Source of the DNA: Aeropyrum pernix K1
GTDB lineage: Archaea > Thermoproteota > Thermoprotei_A > Sulfolobales > Acidilobaceae
Assembly: GCF_000011125.1 (NCBI RefSeq)
Contig: NC_000854.2
Coordinates: forward strand, 720,001 to 752,000
Direction: 5' to 3'
Length of the DNA stretch: 32,000 nt
How positions within the stretch are numbered: position 1 is the first letter of the stretch; each line of letters begins with the position of its first letter. The notes beneath the pieces were generated by a model. It ran no database searches. It was not told where the DNA came from and worked only from the letters and a program-made list of their open reading frames with translations. The position numbers and the translations under genes were made by a program. Of the stretch, positions 8,049 through 17,633 are shown in pieces.

Positions 8049-9443
8049 TTGGACAAAAGCCTAGAAAAGACAATACGGGGCGCGACGTGGATATACCTCG
8101 CAAGCCTAACAACAACCGCCACAGGTTTCCTCTTCTGGCTAACAATAGCCAGGCTAGCAGGCGCAGAAGCAGTAGGAACAGCATCCCTCATAGCCTCAAG
8201 CGCAGGCATGGCCGCCACAATACTATCCGCAGGCCTACCCCCGGCAGCAGCAAGAGAAACAGCAGCCCGAGGCGGCCAAGGAGCCGCAGCCGCCATAACC
8301 ATAGGACTCATAGCAGCCGCCATAGGGGGGATTGTAGCCTACATCCTTGCTTACAAGGCTGGTCTGACTGGTCTCAACGTTTATGCAGCATTATTCGCGG
8401 CATCCACGATAGCTAGTGCTGCTCTAAATGGAGTTCTACTCGGATTTATGATGTTCAGGCTTCAATTCGCGAGCATAGCCTTAGGCAGCATAGCCAAGCT
8501 CTTTGTAGGGGTTGGCTTAGCAGCAATCGGCTATAAGGCCCTGGCAGCTGTCATCGGGCTCCTAACCATGCCCCTAACGATAGTTATAGTCGGCACAACA
8601 GTTCTACTAGGCCTTGCAACCCGAATAGGCATACCAAGGATTACAGGGGACAACATAGTCTCACTAGTAGTCTTAGCAGCCTCCAATTACCCCTTAGCAT
8701 TCTCAACCCAGCTATTTGTATTCCTAAGTATTTACGTCTACAGGTTACTCGGAGGCTCCCTAGAATCCACAGGCAGCCTATACATATCATTCATGATACT
8801 ACTCGCCCTCGCAAGCCTCCCAACATCACTCCAGGCAGCCTCAATACCAGTGGGCACCAGGCTGGGAAGCAAGCCTCAAGAGGCGGCGCTTAGGCTCGGC
8901 CTGGCAGCAGTCACGCCGCTCGCCGTAGCCCTAATAGTAATGGCACCCCACATCTTATCATACATAAACCCCGAACTGGCCGAAAGCCCAAACACGCTAA
9001 GAATATTGCTACTAGCAACATCACCCCTAGCAACCCTCGCTGCCGCGTCGAGCTTGCTCAATAAAGAGGCGAGACCGAGAAGCCTAGCGCTATTTGGCAC
9101 AGCAACCCTCGCAACAATAATTCTCTTCTTACCTCCATTAACAAAAGCCTACAACAGCGAAGGCGTTGCCACAGCTTTCCTAATAGGAACAACACTTAAC
9201 GCTCTCCTATATGCACACAAACTAAAATTTCCAGTGAAACCTATCATAGCAACAGTCGGCGTCAGTACAGCGGCAATACCCATAGCCCTATACGCACCTT
9301 CTGCCACAGCTCCTTTCATAGCCATAGCAATCTCAATCATAGCCATGCTAGTAGCCCGCGTAGTAGGGTTAAATGAGCTCAATGAACTCGCACAACTTAT
9401 AAAAAACACATCTCTAAGGCAAGAAACAAGGGAAAAACCATAA
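8049..9443 (+). CDS. Polysaccharide/oligosaccharide flippase, Wzx/RfbX (MOP superfamily) type
   Basis: 464 aa with about 12-14 TM helices. The N-terminus (IRGATWIYLASLTTTATGFLFWLTIARLAGAEAVGTASL) follows the Polysacc_synt pattern. It is adjacent to sugar-nucleotide and GT genes. TTG start; TATA-like elements at 7964-7971 and 7988-7995. Confidence 0.75.
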   Translation: MDKSLEKTIRGATWIYLASLTTTATGFLFWLTIARLAGAEAVGTASLIASSAGMAATILSAGLPPAAARETAARGGQGAAAAITIGLIAAAIGGIVAYILAYKAGLTGLNVYAALFAASTIASAALNGVLLGFMMFRLQFASIALGSIAKLFVGVGLAAIGYKALAAVIGLLTMPLTIVIVGTTVLLGLATRIGIPRITGDNIVSLVVLAASNYPLAFSTQLFVFLSIYVYRLLGGSLESTGSLYISFMILLALASLPTSLQAASIPVGTRLGSKPQEAALRLGLAAVTPLAVALIVMAPHILSYINPELAESPNTLRILLLATSPLATLAAASSLLNKEARPRSLALFGTATLATIILFLPPLTKAYNSEGVATAFLIGTTLNALLYAHKLKFPVKPIIATVGVSTAAIPIALYAPSATAPFIAIAISIIAMLVARVVGLNELNELAQLIKNTSLRQETREKP

Positions 9444-10148
9444 TGTAAACTAAAGAACTTAATATTTAAGATTACTAAAAGTTAAATTAATAGACACCTA
9501 GATATTTAGATATACTTCGAGAATCACATACTCTCAACTTCTAGCTACTCCTAATCTCGCGGTCAGGAAAAGCATTAACGGCTTATAAAGCACACCATAG
9601 ACACCATAGACAAGAGTTTTCACGAATCGGATAATACGTCAAGGGAAAGACCACTACTATTAAACCATAGAGGAGAAGATCTATCATCCTTATGATAGGA
9701 TTCTTAATAAGAATACCTGTTAGACACTTTCTGATTTTCTACAGTACCACAGCTATGTATTAGCCAGCCCAATTGTTACCTTAAAAAGATTTTCAACTAT
9801 TTTACACTAACTCACGATTTTCTTCCTATGCCCAAGAACATATTCTGCAGTAGAAACGTACTATTTTATTTACACTATTCCTTTAAAGATTACATTACTA
9901 AATTAAAAATTAAATTGTATTAACTTTTTAGATAGTACGTTAATTATGATGTTGTTACAAAATTACTATAATACAAGGAATATTCGGTATGAAAGCCTTT
10001 TTATACTTTGCCTGGACTTTCGTCTAGCTACGATTATATATATTAGGTCAAATTTTATGATTTCAGAAAGAGTATCATCAGCAACAGACATATGCGTTAT
10101 CTTGTAATAATATTTCCATTATACAATAGGAATTTCGCTAATAATTCG

Positions 10149-10712
10149 CTAAATTGGATAGCTAAAGTTTGTCTCCGCTTCTTTTAGTGGAGGGCAGTTT
10201 CTATCTTTCCCACTAACTATTACCTTGTCATCATCTATTATAGGCCATTTTATTTCTAGATTCGGATCGTTCCATTTTATACAACGCTCACTGTCTTTGA
10301 AATACTCCTTTGTAACAAGGTATAAGAAAAGCGCATCCTCAAGTGCTTGGAATCCATGTGCAAACCCCGGTGGAATCCATAACGCCATACCAGGCTTGAG
10401 CTCAGCCGAGACATGTTTTCCGTACCAGGGACTTCCTTTTCTAATATCTACTGCAACGTCTAGAACTCTCCCATATAGTACATAGACAAGCTTCCCCTGC
10501 TCATGAGGCTTAAGCTGGTAGTGCAAGCCTCTTACAACACCCTTATATGAGTATGAGAGGTTTACCTGGATGAAGTCATATGGTATGCCTTCTGCGAGGA
10601 ACGGCGTACGTTTATAGAGCTCTGCGAAGAAACCCCTCGGGTCGGAGAACCTCTCATATTTTATGAGAACTATGTCTGGTATCTCTAGACGTTTAAAGAC
10701 TTTGAACGGCAT
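10149..10712 (-). CDS. rmlC: dTDP-4-dehydrorhamnose 3,5-epimerase
   Basis: 187 aa with DPRGFFAELY, VRGLHYQ, GKLVYVLYGRVLDVAVDIR, IPPGFAHGF and KWNDPNLEIKWP, all hallmark RmlC cupin motifs. Confidence 0.93.
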   Translation of the reverse strand: MPFKVFKRLEIPDIVLIKYERFSDPRGFFAELYKRTPFLAEGIPYDFIQVNLSYSYKGVVRGLHYQLKPHEQGKLVYVLYGRVLDVAVDIRKGSPWYGKHVSAELKPGMALWIPPGFAHGFQALEDALFLYLVTKEYFKDSERCIKWNDPNLEIKWPIIDDDKVIVSGKDRNCPPLKEAETNFSYPI

Positions 10713-10715
10713 GGA

Positions 10716-11633
10716 TTAGACCCCTATAGCGTTTCTATAGATATTGACAAAATGTTTTACACTCTCCTCTTGGCTAGGTAATTCGAGTCCTAGCTTCTTA
10801 GCCATAGTGGTGTCTAGGCTTGAGTCCCGAGGTCTCCTCGCGGGCAAGTTAGCCTCCTTCATTGATATTGGCTTGATAAGTTCCGCGTCAGCACCGAGAA
10901 CCTTGGCTATTAGTTGGGCGAACTCAAGTCTCGACAGGCGCTCGCCAGCTAGGTGGAGTACTCCACGAATCTCTCTTTCGAGGACATCTATCAGCCTTCT
11001 TGATAAGAAATATGTGTATGTTGGCGATAGATATTGGTCATAGAACGCCCTTACCTCTTCCCCCCTAAGTAACTTCTCTAACACATTAATGCCGAAATTT
11101 CGTTTCCCCGTAGGGCTATATCCATAAAGGCCACTAACCCTAACGACAAGCACATTTTCCTTATCCATCGCTGACAAAGTTGCTACTTCTCCTAGTAGCT
11201 TAGATAAGCCGTAATAGTTGATGGGGTTTGGAGCCTCCTCTTCCCTGTACATACCTTTATCTCCATCGAACACATAATCTGTTGACACGTATATTAGAAG
11301 GCTACCATGCCTGGCTGCTAGTCTAGCTACTGTCATTGAAGCTAAAAAGTTTATCCGGTAGGCTCTTTCCCTATGCAACTCGCAACCATCAACATCAGTA
11401 TACGCGGCGGTGTGGATAACTGCATCTGGCTTAATATCCCTAAATAGTTGGGTTAGTTGGCTAGGATCCTCTAGGTTGACCTTAGACCATCTTGCTCCAG
11501 CAAGCTTAAAGGGGGTGTTTTTGTTATAAGTGGGGTACACGCTGTAACCCTTCTTTAGTAGTTGCTGGACAAGGTTGTAGCCGAGAAGCCCAGTTCCACC
11601 AGTCACTAGTAACTTCAAGGCATTATTCACCAT
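10716..11633 (-). CDS. rmlD: dTDP-4-dehydrorhamnose reductase
   Basis: 305 aa with LVTGGTGLLG, STDYVFDG and YGLSKLLGE (YxxxK). It lies between rmlB and rmlC, and its start overlaps the rmlB stop by 7 nt. Confidence 0.9.
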   Translation of the reverse strand: MVNNALKLLVTGGTGLLGYNLVQQLLKKGYSVYPTYNKNTPFKLAGARWSKVNLEDPSQLTQLFRDIKPDAVIHTAAYTDVDGCELHRERAYRINFLASMTVARLAARHGSLLIYVSTDYVFDGDKGMYREEEAPNPINYYGLSKLLGEVATLSAMDKENVLVVRVSGLYGYSPTGKRNFGINVLEKLLRGEEVRAFYDQYLSPTYTYFLSRRLIDVLEREIRGVLHLAGERLSRLEFAQLIAKVLGADAELIKPISMKEANLPARRPRDSSLDTTMAKKLGLELPSQEESVKHFVNIYRNAIGV

Positions 11634-12619
11634 GGATGGTCAGCTAACACATAACGCTTGTCAAGCAGCGGACGCCACCACCACCTATTCTCAATATACC
11701 ACTTGACGGTTATCTTTAATCCTTCCTTGAGCGTAACATGGGGGGCCCAGCCAAGGTTTCTAATTTTGTCGCATTTCATAGCATATCTGCGGTCCTCTCC
11801 AGGCCTTGACTTACCATAAACCAGGTAATCTCTTGGCTTACCCATGGACTCCAATATATTCACAACAATATCCTTGACTGTGGAAGCCATTCCCCCACAA
11901 ACATTATATATCTCTCCATCTACACCCTTCTCGAGGACCACGTGGATGGCCCTAGCAGTGTCCTCGACGTAAAGCCAATCCCTTATCTGAGACCCATCAC
12001 CGTATATGACAGGGGGTTTGCCGTGTAATATCCTAATAATTGTTCGGGGAATAAGCTTCTCAACATGCTGATAAGGCCCATAGTTATTGCAGGGCCTCAC
12101 GATCCTGTATTTCAACCCATAAGTTCTACCATAAGCCTTTATAAGAAGATCGCCAGAGGCCTTCGAAGCAGAGTAAGGGCTAGAGGGATTCAAAGGGTCA
12201 GACTCAGTAGCCTCTTTGCCAGTGTTCCATAGGTCTCCGTAAACTTCATCTGTCGACACGTGTAGCAGTACTATCTGGTCGATTCTTTTTCTTATGGCCT
12301 CGAGGATAGTGAACACGCCAATAATATTAGTTCTCATAAAGGGTGCTGGCTCGTTGATAGAGCGATCAACATGTGTCTCTGCTGCAAAATTAACCACAAC
12401 GTCGGGTTCAAACTCTGTTAAAACTCTGCCAAATTGCTCCTCGTCAGCGATGTCTCCTCGCATGAACCCGATTCTATCTATAACATCATGTAAGTTCTCT
12501 AGTCTACCAGCATAGGTAAGTTTGTCGTAGACTAACACCTCCCAGTCTGTGGTGTTTACAATGTATCTCACAAAGCTGCTGCCGATGAACCCTGCCCCGC
12601 CAGTGACCAGCACTCTCAT
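11627..12619 (-). CDS. rmlB: dTDP-glucose 4,6-dehydratase
   Basis: 330 aa with VLVTGGAGFIGS, HVSTDEVYG and YSASKASGD, the extended SDR signature typical of RmlB. Confidence 0.93.
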   Translation of the reverse strand: MRVLVTGGAGFIGSSFVRYIVNTTDWEVLVYDKLTYAGRLENLHDVIDRIGFMRGDIADEEQFGRVLTEFEPDVVVNFAAETHVDRSINEPAPFMRTNIIGVFTILEAIRKRIDQIVLLHVSTDEVYGDLWNTGKEATESDPLNPSSPYSASKASGDLLIKAYGRTYGLKYRIVRPCNNYGPYQHVEKLIPRTIIRILHGKPPVIYGDGSQIRDWLYVEDTARAIHVVLEKGVDGEIYNVCGGMASTVKDIVVNILESMGKPRDYLVYGKSRPGEDRRYAMKCDKIRNLGWAPHVTLKEGLKITVKWYIENRWWWRPLLDKRYVLADHPW

Positions 12620-12631
12620 GCCTGGAACGCC

Positions 12632-13699
12632 TCACAGGAATACCTTGCTATAATCCGATATTACGAGCTTTATATCCCCATAGATTTCCCTGTTACTCTT
12701 TATGATACTCTTCGGGCCAACAACACTATCAACTAATCTAGCCTTGTTAAGGTATAGCTCGCTTTCATCAAGAATCATTGACCTCGCGACAGTTCCAGAG
12801 ATTATCCTTGAACCTTGCTCCATAGACACATAGTGCTCTACGAGACCACTCCTACCTATGTACACGTCCTTGCCTATGTATGCCGGGCCGTGTACGGTCC
12901 CCTCAACTATGGCCCCTTCCTCAACAACTACGCGACCTCTCACTTCGCCTTCGATCTTGCCTTCGACACGCGGCTTTACGTTATCCAGTAATAGATATAT
13001 TGCATCTAAGAGGCCTTCGTAAGTGCCTACATCCTTCCACCAGCCAGTAACTAGCGAGAATGTAACCTTGTACCCTTTATCGACGAACCACTGTATGAGA
13101 TCTGTAATTTCGTATTCTCCACGCCAAGAGGGCTTAAGCGTACTGAATGCCTTAGCCACTAGCTCCGGGTCCCTAAACATGTAGACACCAACGACAGCCA
13201 AGTCCGATATATGTTCCTGGGGCTTCTCCACAAGCTTTAAAATCTTACCGTCTCTGAGCACTGCAATGCCGAAACGCCCCGGATCCCTAACCTTCGTCAG
13301 GAGGATATGGACTTCGCTGCCAGCTTCACCCCAGGATTTAACATGTCTCGAGATACCCCCACTCAAGATGTTATCTCCTAGGTAAACGATAAATTCCTTG
13401 TCGATAAAACCCTGCTTTATAGCCCTATAGATAGCGTGGGCTATACCGAGCCTCTTCTTCTGAACAATATACGTAAACTTAGCACCGAACCTAGAATCTT
13501 CACCTAAAAACTCTTTAATCTTGTCGCCAAAGTAGCCAACAACAACACCGATATCTCTAACATTAATTGATACCAGGTCATCGATAGCGTACTGGATTAT
13601 GGGCTTGCCGAGAAGAGGGATGAGATGCTTTGGTCTGGAGAAAGTGAAGGGCCGTAGCCTAGAACCCTCACCAGCCGCTAGGATAAGACCTTTAACCAT
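12632..13699 (-). CDS. rmlA: Glucose-1-phosphate thymidylyltransferase (long archaeal form with a C-terminal left-handed beta-helix)
   Basis: The N-terminus GLILAAGEGSRLRPFTFSRPKHLIPLLGKPII is the sugar-nucleotidyltransferase signature. It is the first gene of the rmlA-B-D-C operon. Confidence 0.85.
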   Translation of the reverse strand: MVKGLILAAGEGSRLRPFTFSRPKHLIPLLGKPIIQYAIDDLVSINVRDIGVVVGYFGDKIKEFLGEDSRFGAKFTYIVQKKRLGIAHAIYRAIKQGFIDKEFIVYLGDNILSGGISRHVKSWGEAGSEVHILLTKVRDPGRFGIAVLRDGKILKLVEKPQEHISDLAVVGVYMFRDPELVAKAFSTLKPSWRGEYEITDLIQWFVDKGYKVTFSLVTGWWKDVGTYEGLLDAIYLLLDNVKPRVEGKIEGEVRGRVVVEEGAIVEGTVHGPAYIGKDVYIGRSGLVEHYVSMEQGSRIISGTVARSMILDESELYLNKARLVDSVVGPKSIIKSNREIYGDIKLVISDYSKVFL

Positions 13700-13718
13700 G
13701 CATCATGCCACCAAAAAG

Positions 13719-13725
13719 ATATATA
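13719..13725 (-). promoter_or_regulatory. Candidate TATA box for the rml operon (implies a leaderless or near-leaderless transcript)
   Basis: The minus strand reads CCCTATATATCTTTTTGGTGGCATGATGC-ATG. The TATATAT centre lies about 23 nt upstream of the rmlA ATG (13699). Confidence 0.4.
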
Positions 13726-14384
13726 GGGATCAACAATAAATAGCGTCCATGCTAGCAGTAGCACAAACGTTATTAGGTTTATTCCTAGAAGATCTAATTA
13801 AGGCTAGTAACACTGTAACCCTTAGTAACCTGGCAAATATATAGAACATGCACCTTTTCCAATATTAAGCAAACACCTTAAGTTCTAGCTCCGATCCAAT
13901 GACCTAAATGCCGAATGCAGGTAGAAGCTTATGATCTCACGAAACTCAACATTATGATACATACTTGAGATACTCTACGTAAGCGTATACGCGAAGGGTT
14001 CTTTTTATGCTATCTATACGTTCTTTATGGCTCCTTACTTTAGAAGGAATGCTGTATCCCCGACGACTTCATTAGGTTTATCATTTTAGGAGTGTATGCT
14101 AGGTGCTCCTAAGAAATATTCTTAATATGGCCACTTAGCGTTGAGCTTTATTTAGCGTAGGAATGAAGGAGAAGATAGAAGCAGTAGGGAAGAGGAAACA
14201 GAAGAGTTCACAGCTAATTCTTCCCTTTAGTACGCTTCCTATTAAGACCTCAAGAATAGCTATAATGGAAATTAAAGGCAAACCTCTCACGTCCAATGTA
14301 TCTGCTGTGCTCTACGAGCTACCATAAATCTTATCTTGACTCTTAGATTTAAAATCTACATTATAATATTATATTATCATTATG

Positions 14385-15953
14385 TTAATGAAGACTGCTT
14401 CTCTTTCTTCGAAGTTCTTGAAAGATCTTAATTCTTGTATTATAATATGATCTTGAGATATATCTTGGTTCTCGTGCATTACTCAGCAGTTTACTAAGAG
14501 GTCTGCCATCCACATCACCTGGAATGGGGGCTTTATGCAAGTAAAGGATTGTAGGTGCCACATCGTATATTGAGACACTTAAGCCAGCATGTCTCTTCAC
14601 ACTTGGCCCGCACAGCAGGAATATACCATTAGGTCTATGGGCGCCTGTATGCCTTGGACTCCACGGTCTTAGCTCAAGTAGTGGAGAGTGTAGATCCTCC
14701 GTTATGCTAAAGCTCCAGTCATCAATGCCAATTATTAAATCTGGCAGGAGCTTTAATTTATCACCGCTATATAAATCTTCTCTTCTGTAAACATTAACAC
14801 CAACATCTATTTTGAACTCCTCTGGAATTTTCTTTAGCTCTCCAGTCAACTCGTCTATGAGCTTCTCCCGCTCTTTGCTCTTTAATACGTAGATGCCACC
14901 AAATGTTATAGAATGGCCCAGAGCTATGGCTTTGCTCTCAGTAAAATTTATGAGACCCGTTAAGCCTAAACTTTGCACATACTCTCTAACCCTTCCTCGC
15001 AGAACTCTCTTAGCCAGATCGTCCGCTCTCAACTTCTTAGCAATTCTTATACCATAACTAAGAATACTTGCCTTCCAAGAACCACCCCTTCTAAGCTTCA
15101 TGTATCCTTTCGTGACAAGCCATCTAGCCAAATTAAAAACTCCAAGGTTAGACCCAAACCCGTGATCTGAGACTATCATTAGATATGCTTTTTCAGAGTG
15201 AGCATATTCTGCAAAGAAACCTACTGTCTCATCTACGAGACTCCATAAGTCGTCTATCTTCTTGGAATACCTCTTAGACTGTTCTTCGTGATATAAGGGG
15301 TGCTTAGGATCCATAAGGTGCCAGAGTCTATGTTGGATCCAGTCAGTAGCTGAGACTATAAACGTTATGTTGTCGTAGAGTCCATACTTGCCGAGGACAT
15401 AACTCTTAACCATTCTCTTAGTAATCTCCAGGTGCCTCATCACATCACTTATGAAGAGGTCTACATCATTATATTTCTCATCATGATAGTCCACGTACAC
15501 TCTAAAGTCAGGGAATGAAGATAAAATCTCATCAGTTACTTCTTGAGGATAGGACTTCGGCTTAAGGCTGGGAGTCCCTATACCCGAGACGAGAACGCCC
15601 TTGATAGGATATGGAGGATACGTGAGAGGATAAAAGAAAACAGCTATTCTCTTATTCTCCACGCTAAGTAAGTCCCAAAAGGCATAACCTCGATACCAGC
15701 TTGAATCCGCAGGATAAAGCCTATATTCCTGTCCCTTCCTACCTAGGAAATCAACTATCCCAGTCTTGCCAGGATTAAGACCAGTGGCTAGGGAAGGCCA
15801 CGCAGCACCAGTTATTGGCGGAATAGTAGATCTTAGGATACCCCAGCTACACTGCTTCATGAGTTTAGCAAGATTGTGCATAACACCTTTTTCAGCTAAG
15901 GGCCTCAAGATACTCCAGGTACAACCATCAAGACCTAGAAGTACAGTTTTCAT
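14385..15953 (-). CDS. Alkaline-phosphatase superfamily enzyme, type I phosphodiesterase/nucleotide pyrophosphatase (NPP)-like
   Basis: 522 aa with GLDGCTW, STIPPITGAAWPSLATGLNPGKTG (nucleophile region), VSDHGF and HTGAHRPNGIF, the metal-ligand pattern of AP/NPP-fold enzymes. It is a monocistronic gene flanked by 685- and 750-bp spacers. Confidence 0.75.
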   Translation of the reverse strand: MKTVLLGLDGCTWSILRPLAEKGVMHNLAKLMKQCSWGILRSTIPPITGAAWPSLATGLNPGKTGIVDFLGRKGQEYRLYPADSSWYRGYAFWDLLSVENKRIAVFFYPLTYPPYPIKGVLVSGIGTPSLKPKSYPQEVTDEILSSFPDFRVYVDYHDEKYNDVDLFISDVMRHLEITKRMVKSYVLGKYGLYDNITFIVSATDWIQHRLWHLMDPKHPLYHEEQSKRYSKKIDDLWSLVDETVGFFAEYAHSEKAYLMIVSDHGFGSNLGVFNLARWLVTKGYMKLRRGGSWKASILSYGIRIAKKLRADDLAKRVLRGRVREYVQSLGLTGLINFTESKAIALGHSITFGGIYVLKSKEREKLIDELTGELKKIPEEFKIDVGVNVYRREDLYSGDKLKLLPDLIIGIDDWSFSITEDLHSPLLELRPWSPRHTGAHRPNGIFLLCGPSVKRHAGLSVSIYDVAPTILYLHKAPIPGDVDGRPLSKLLSNAREPRYISRSYYNTRIKIFQELRRKRSSLH

Positions 15954-16703
15954 AAATTTGACACCTCTAGCCTCCTTCTAAGCTATCTCTTAATATCTAT
16001 ATATTTTAATTCGAGTTACTCGCTTAAATCTCCCTATCTCTATTATTCACAAGTTTAGCTTTTAGATTTATATAATAATTATCTAAGTGATTTTACAGAA
16101 AATGCCTAGAGTACCGCTTTCCTTTATCTAGAGCAAATTTAAATAATTTGACTCTTAATAATTAAAATAAAATATGTAGAAAGATTCTAGATCACCTAGT
16201 TATAAACTTCCATCATTTATTAGGTGAACAAGAAATAATTTGTTCACGAAATTCTAGTAACAATCATTTTTCATTGCCTAGTGCTAGTCATTGTATTAAA
16301 TGTGCCTAAAGTAGGAGTCTTATCTCTAGAACGGTGTTGATTTACATAGTAAACATTGAGTTTTTTTGTCAAGGCTTAATTATCCTTTTTAAGCTTTAGA
16401 ATTCCTTAGTTTTCCTTCTTATCAAAATTATTGCTGATATAGCTATTATCAATAATGATAAGCTTATTTACGACGCAGAGACTACCCAGATTAGCTTGGT
16501 CTAAAAACCTCGGTATTTCATTAATAATTCTCATGGAATTATAGTTATGCCTGATTATGCCATTTTCATAATGCATTGTTACAAAACTCATTCAAAATAG
16601 AGGACATAAATGTACAATGTTTCCTTATAAGACTTAAGCAAGAAGCCAAGGACCATTAAATTTCTATTCTCATGCTTCGGAATAAGCTTACTTTCTTGGA
16701 AAT

Positions 16704-17633
16704 TTATATAAGATGATGAATTGATCGGAAAGGTAGCAGAAATAATCTTTGAATTCTATATCTAAATTTTAATATTTTATAAAAAGTTCTTGAGGTCTTA
16801 GATCCCTTAATTAAAGAAACAATATAAAAATGAAGATCCTTCTTGGCAAGCCTCAATGAGTTACACTCAATAAAACTGGTACTAACATGACATTTCTCCG
16901 CTAATTGAAGTAATTCAGGAATTACAAGAGGTTCATACCCATATAAAAACAACCTCATGTAATTAATTGGTCTCTTAGCCATTTTATTCAACTTAGACAA
17001 GAACTCATTTCTCTGTTCAGCTATGTCTTGAAAACACCTTTGTGGTCTTGCATTTAATGGTGGAAGTTCTGATACCTTTTTACAGAAAACCATACTGTAT
17101 ATTGGTATCTTAGGGCACTTAATCTCGCTACTTTTCTTAATTGCTGCAACAAAGACGCCAGGAGCCATAGGATCTTCTTGCAATTCAATTACCCTCATAT
17201 CGCTAAATATTTTCTTAAAGTCTTCTATATCGAATCTCCAATAATCATGAGGATAAGCGTGTAAGGGGAAACCAGGACCTCGTGTTGTTAGAACTAAAAT
17301 ACCACCTACTTTAAGCACCCTTTTAATTTCGCATATAGCGGATCTCCAATTATGAACGTGTTCTAGAACCTCAGTCGATATAACTATATCGAATGATTCA
17401 CTTCGAAAAGGTAGCTTCTCAACATTTGAGATTAAGTCCACATACCCCTTTTGTTCATGGAGATCGAGACCTATGTAATTAACATTAGCAATGTTGTATG
17501 TAACCCAGTCGCGAACTGATCCGTTAACGTTAAATGAACCGCCTTCTAGCAAATTAACAGGTCTGTTTGTCTTTAAGAACTTATTAAGTCTCTTAAGAAC
17601 CCCTATAGCAAAGAAATATGCCGAGAGATGCAT
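16704..17633 (-). CDS. Class I SAM-dependent methyltransferase (Methyltransf_11-like) with an uncharacterised C-terminal extension of about 130 aa
   Basis: The segment LPFRSESFDIVISTEVLEHVHNWRSAICEIKRVLKVGGILVLTT is the post-motif I/II region of class I MTases, and motif I is degenerate (LLEGGSF). No motif was recognised in residues ~180-309. Confidence 0.65.
   Translation of the reverse strand: MHLSAYFFAIGVLKRLNKFLKTNRPVNLLEGGSFNVNGSVRDWVTYNIANVNYIGLDLHEQKGYVDLISNVEKLPFRSESFDIVISTEVLEHVHNWRSAICEIKRVLKVGGILVLTTRGPGFPLHAYPHDYWRFDIEDFKKIFSDMRVIELQEDPMAPGVFVAAIKKSSEIKCPKIPIYSMVFCKKVSELPPLNARPQRCFQDIAEQRNEFLSKLNKMAKRPINYMRLFLYGYEPLVIPELLQLAEKCHVSTSFIECNSLRLAKKDLHFYIVSLIKGSKTSRTFYKILKFRYRIQRLFLLPFRSIHHLI

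Noticed and set aside
1-8400. Numerous 60-190-aa ORFs overlapping or antisense to the called genes (e.g. 218-850 minus, 2162-2623 plus, 2805-3359 plus, 5362-5814 plus, 6670-7074 plus, 7081-7644 plus, 7871-8323 minus)
   Set aside because: These are typical shadow ORFs of very G+C-rich DNA, where stop codons are rare. Their products are Pro/Arg/Gly-rich and low-complexity, and each is fully covered by a longer ORF with recognisable motifs or a better protein-like sequence.
9595-9612. Tandem CCATAGACA x2
   Set aside because: Only two copies of a 9-mer, so there is no array.
9681-9698. Perfect 7-bp hairpin CTATCAT-CCTT-ATGATAG
   Set aside because: It is short and AT-rich, in a spacer 240 nt from the nearest gene end. 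There is no T-run or partner motif, so it is indistinguishable from chance.
10063-10081. Minus-strand CUGAUGA-8 nt-CUGA in the AT-rich spacer as a C/D-like element
   Set aside because: The spacing is wrong (8 nt rather than 12), there is no second box pair, and the very AT-rich context is unlikely for a stable guide RNA in this organism.
16224-16247. 8-bp inverted repeat GTGAACAA-N8-TTGTTCAC
   Set aside because: It could be a regulator operator, but it is a single copy more than 270 nt from any start codon. Noted only.
16406-16591. 61-aa ORF as an independent gene
   Set aside because: It is isolated in a 750-bp spacer, has no promoter or SD context that I could see, and its sequence looks like a truncated GT2 N-terminus. 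It is treated as a possible gene remnant (see the spacer finding) rather than a functional CDS.
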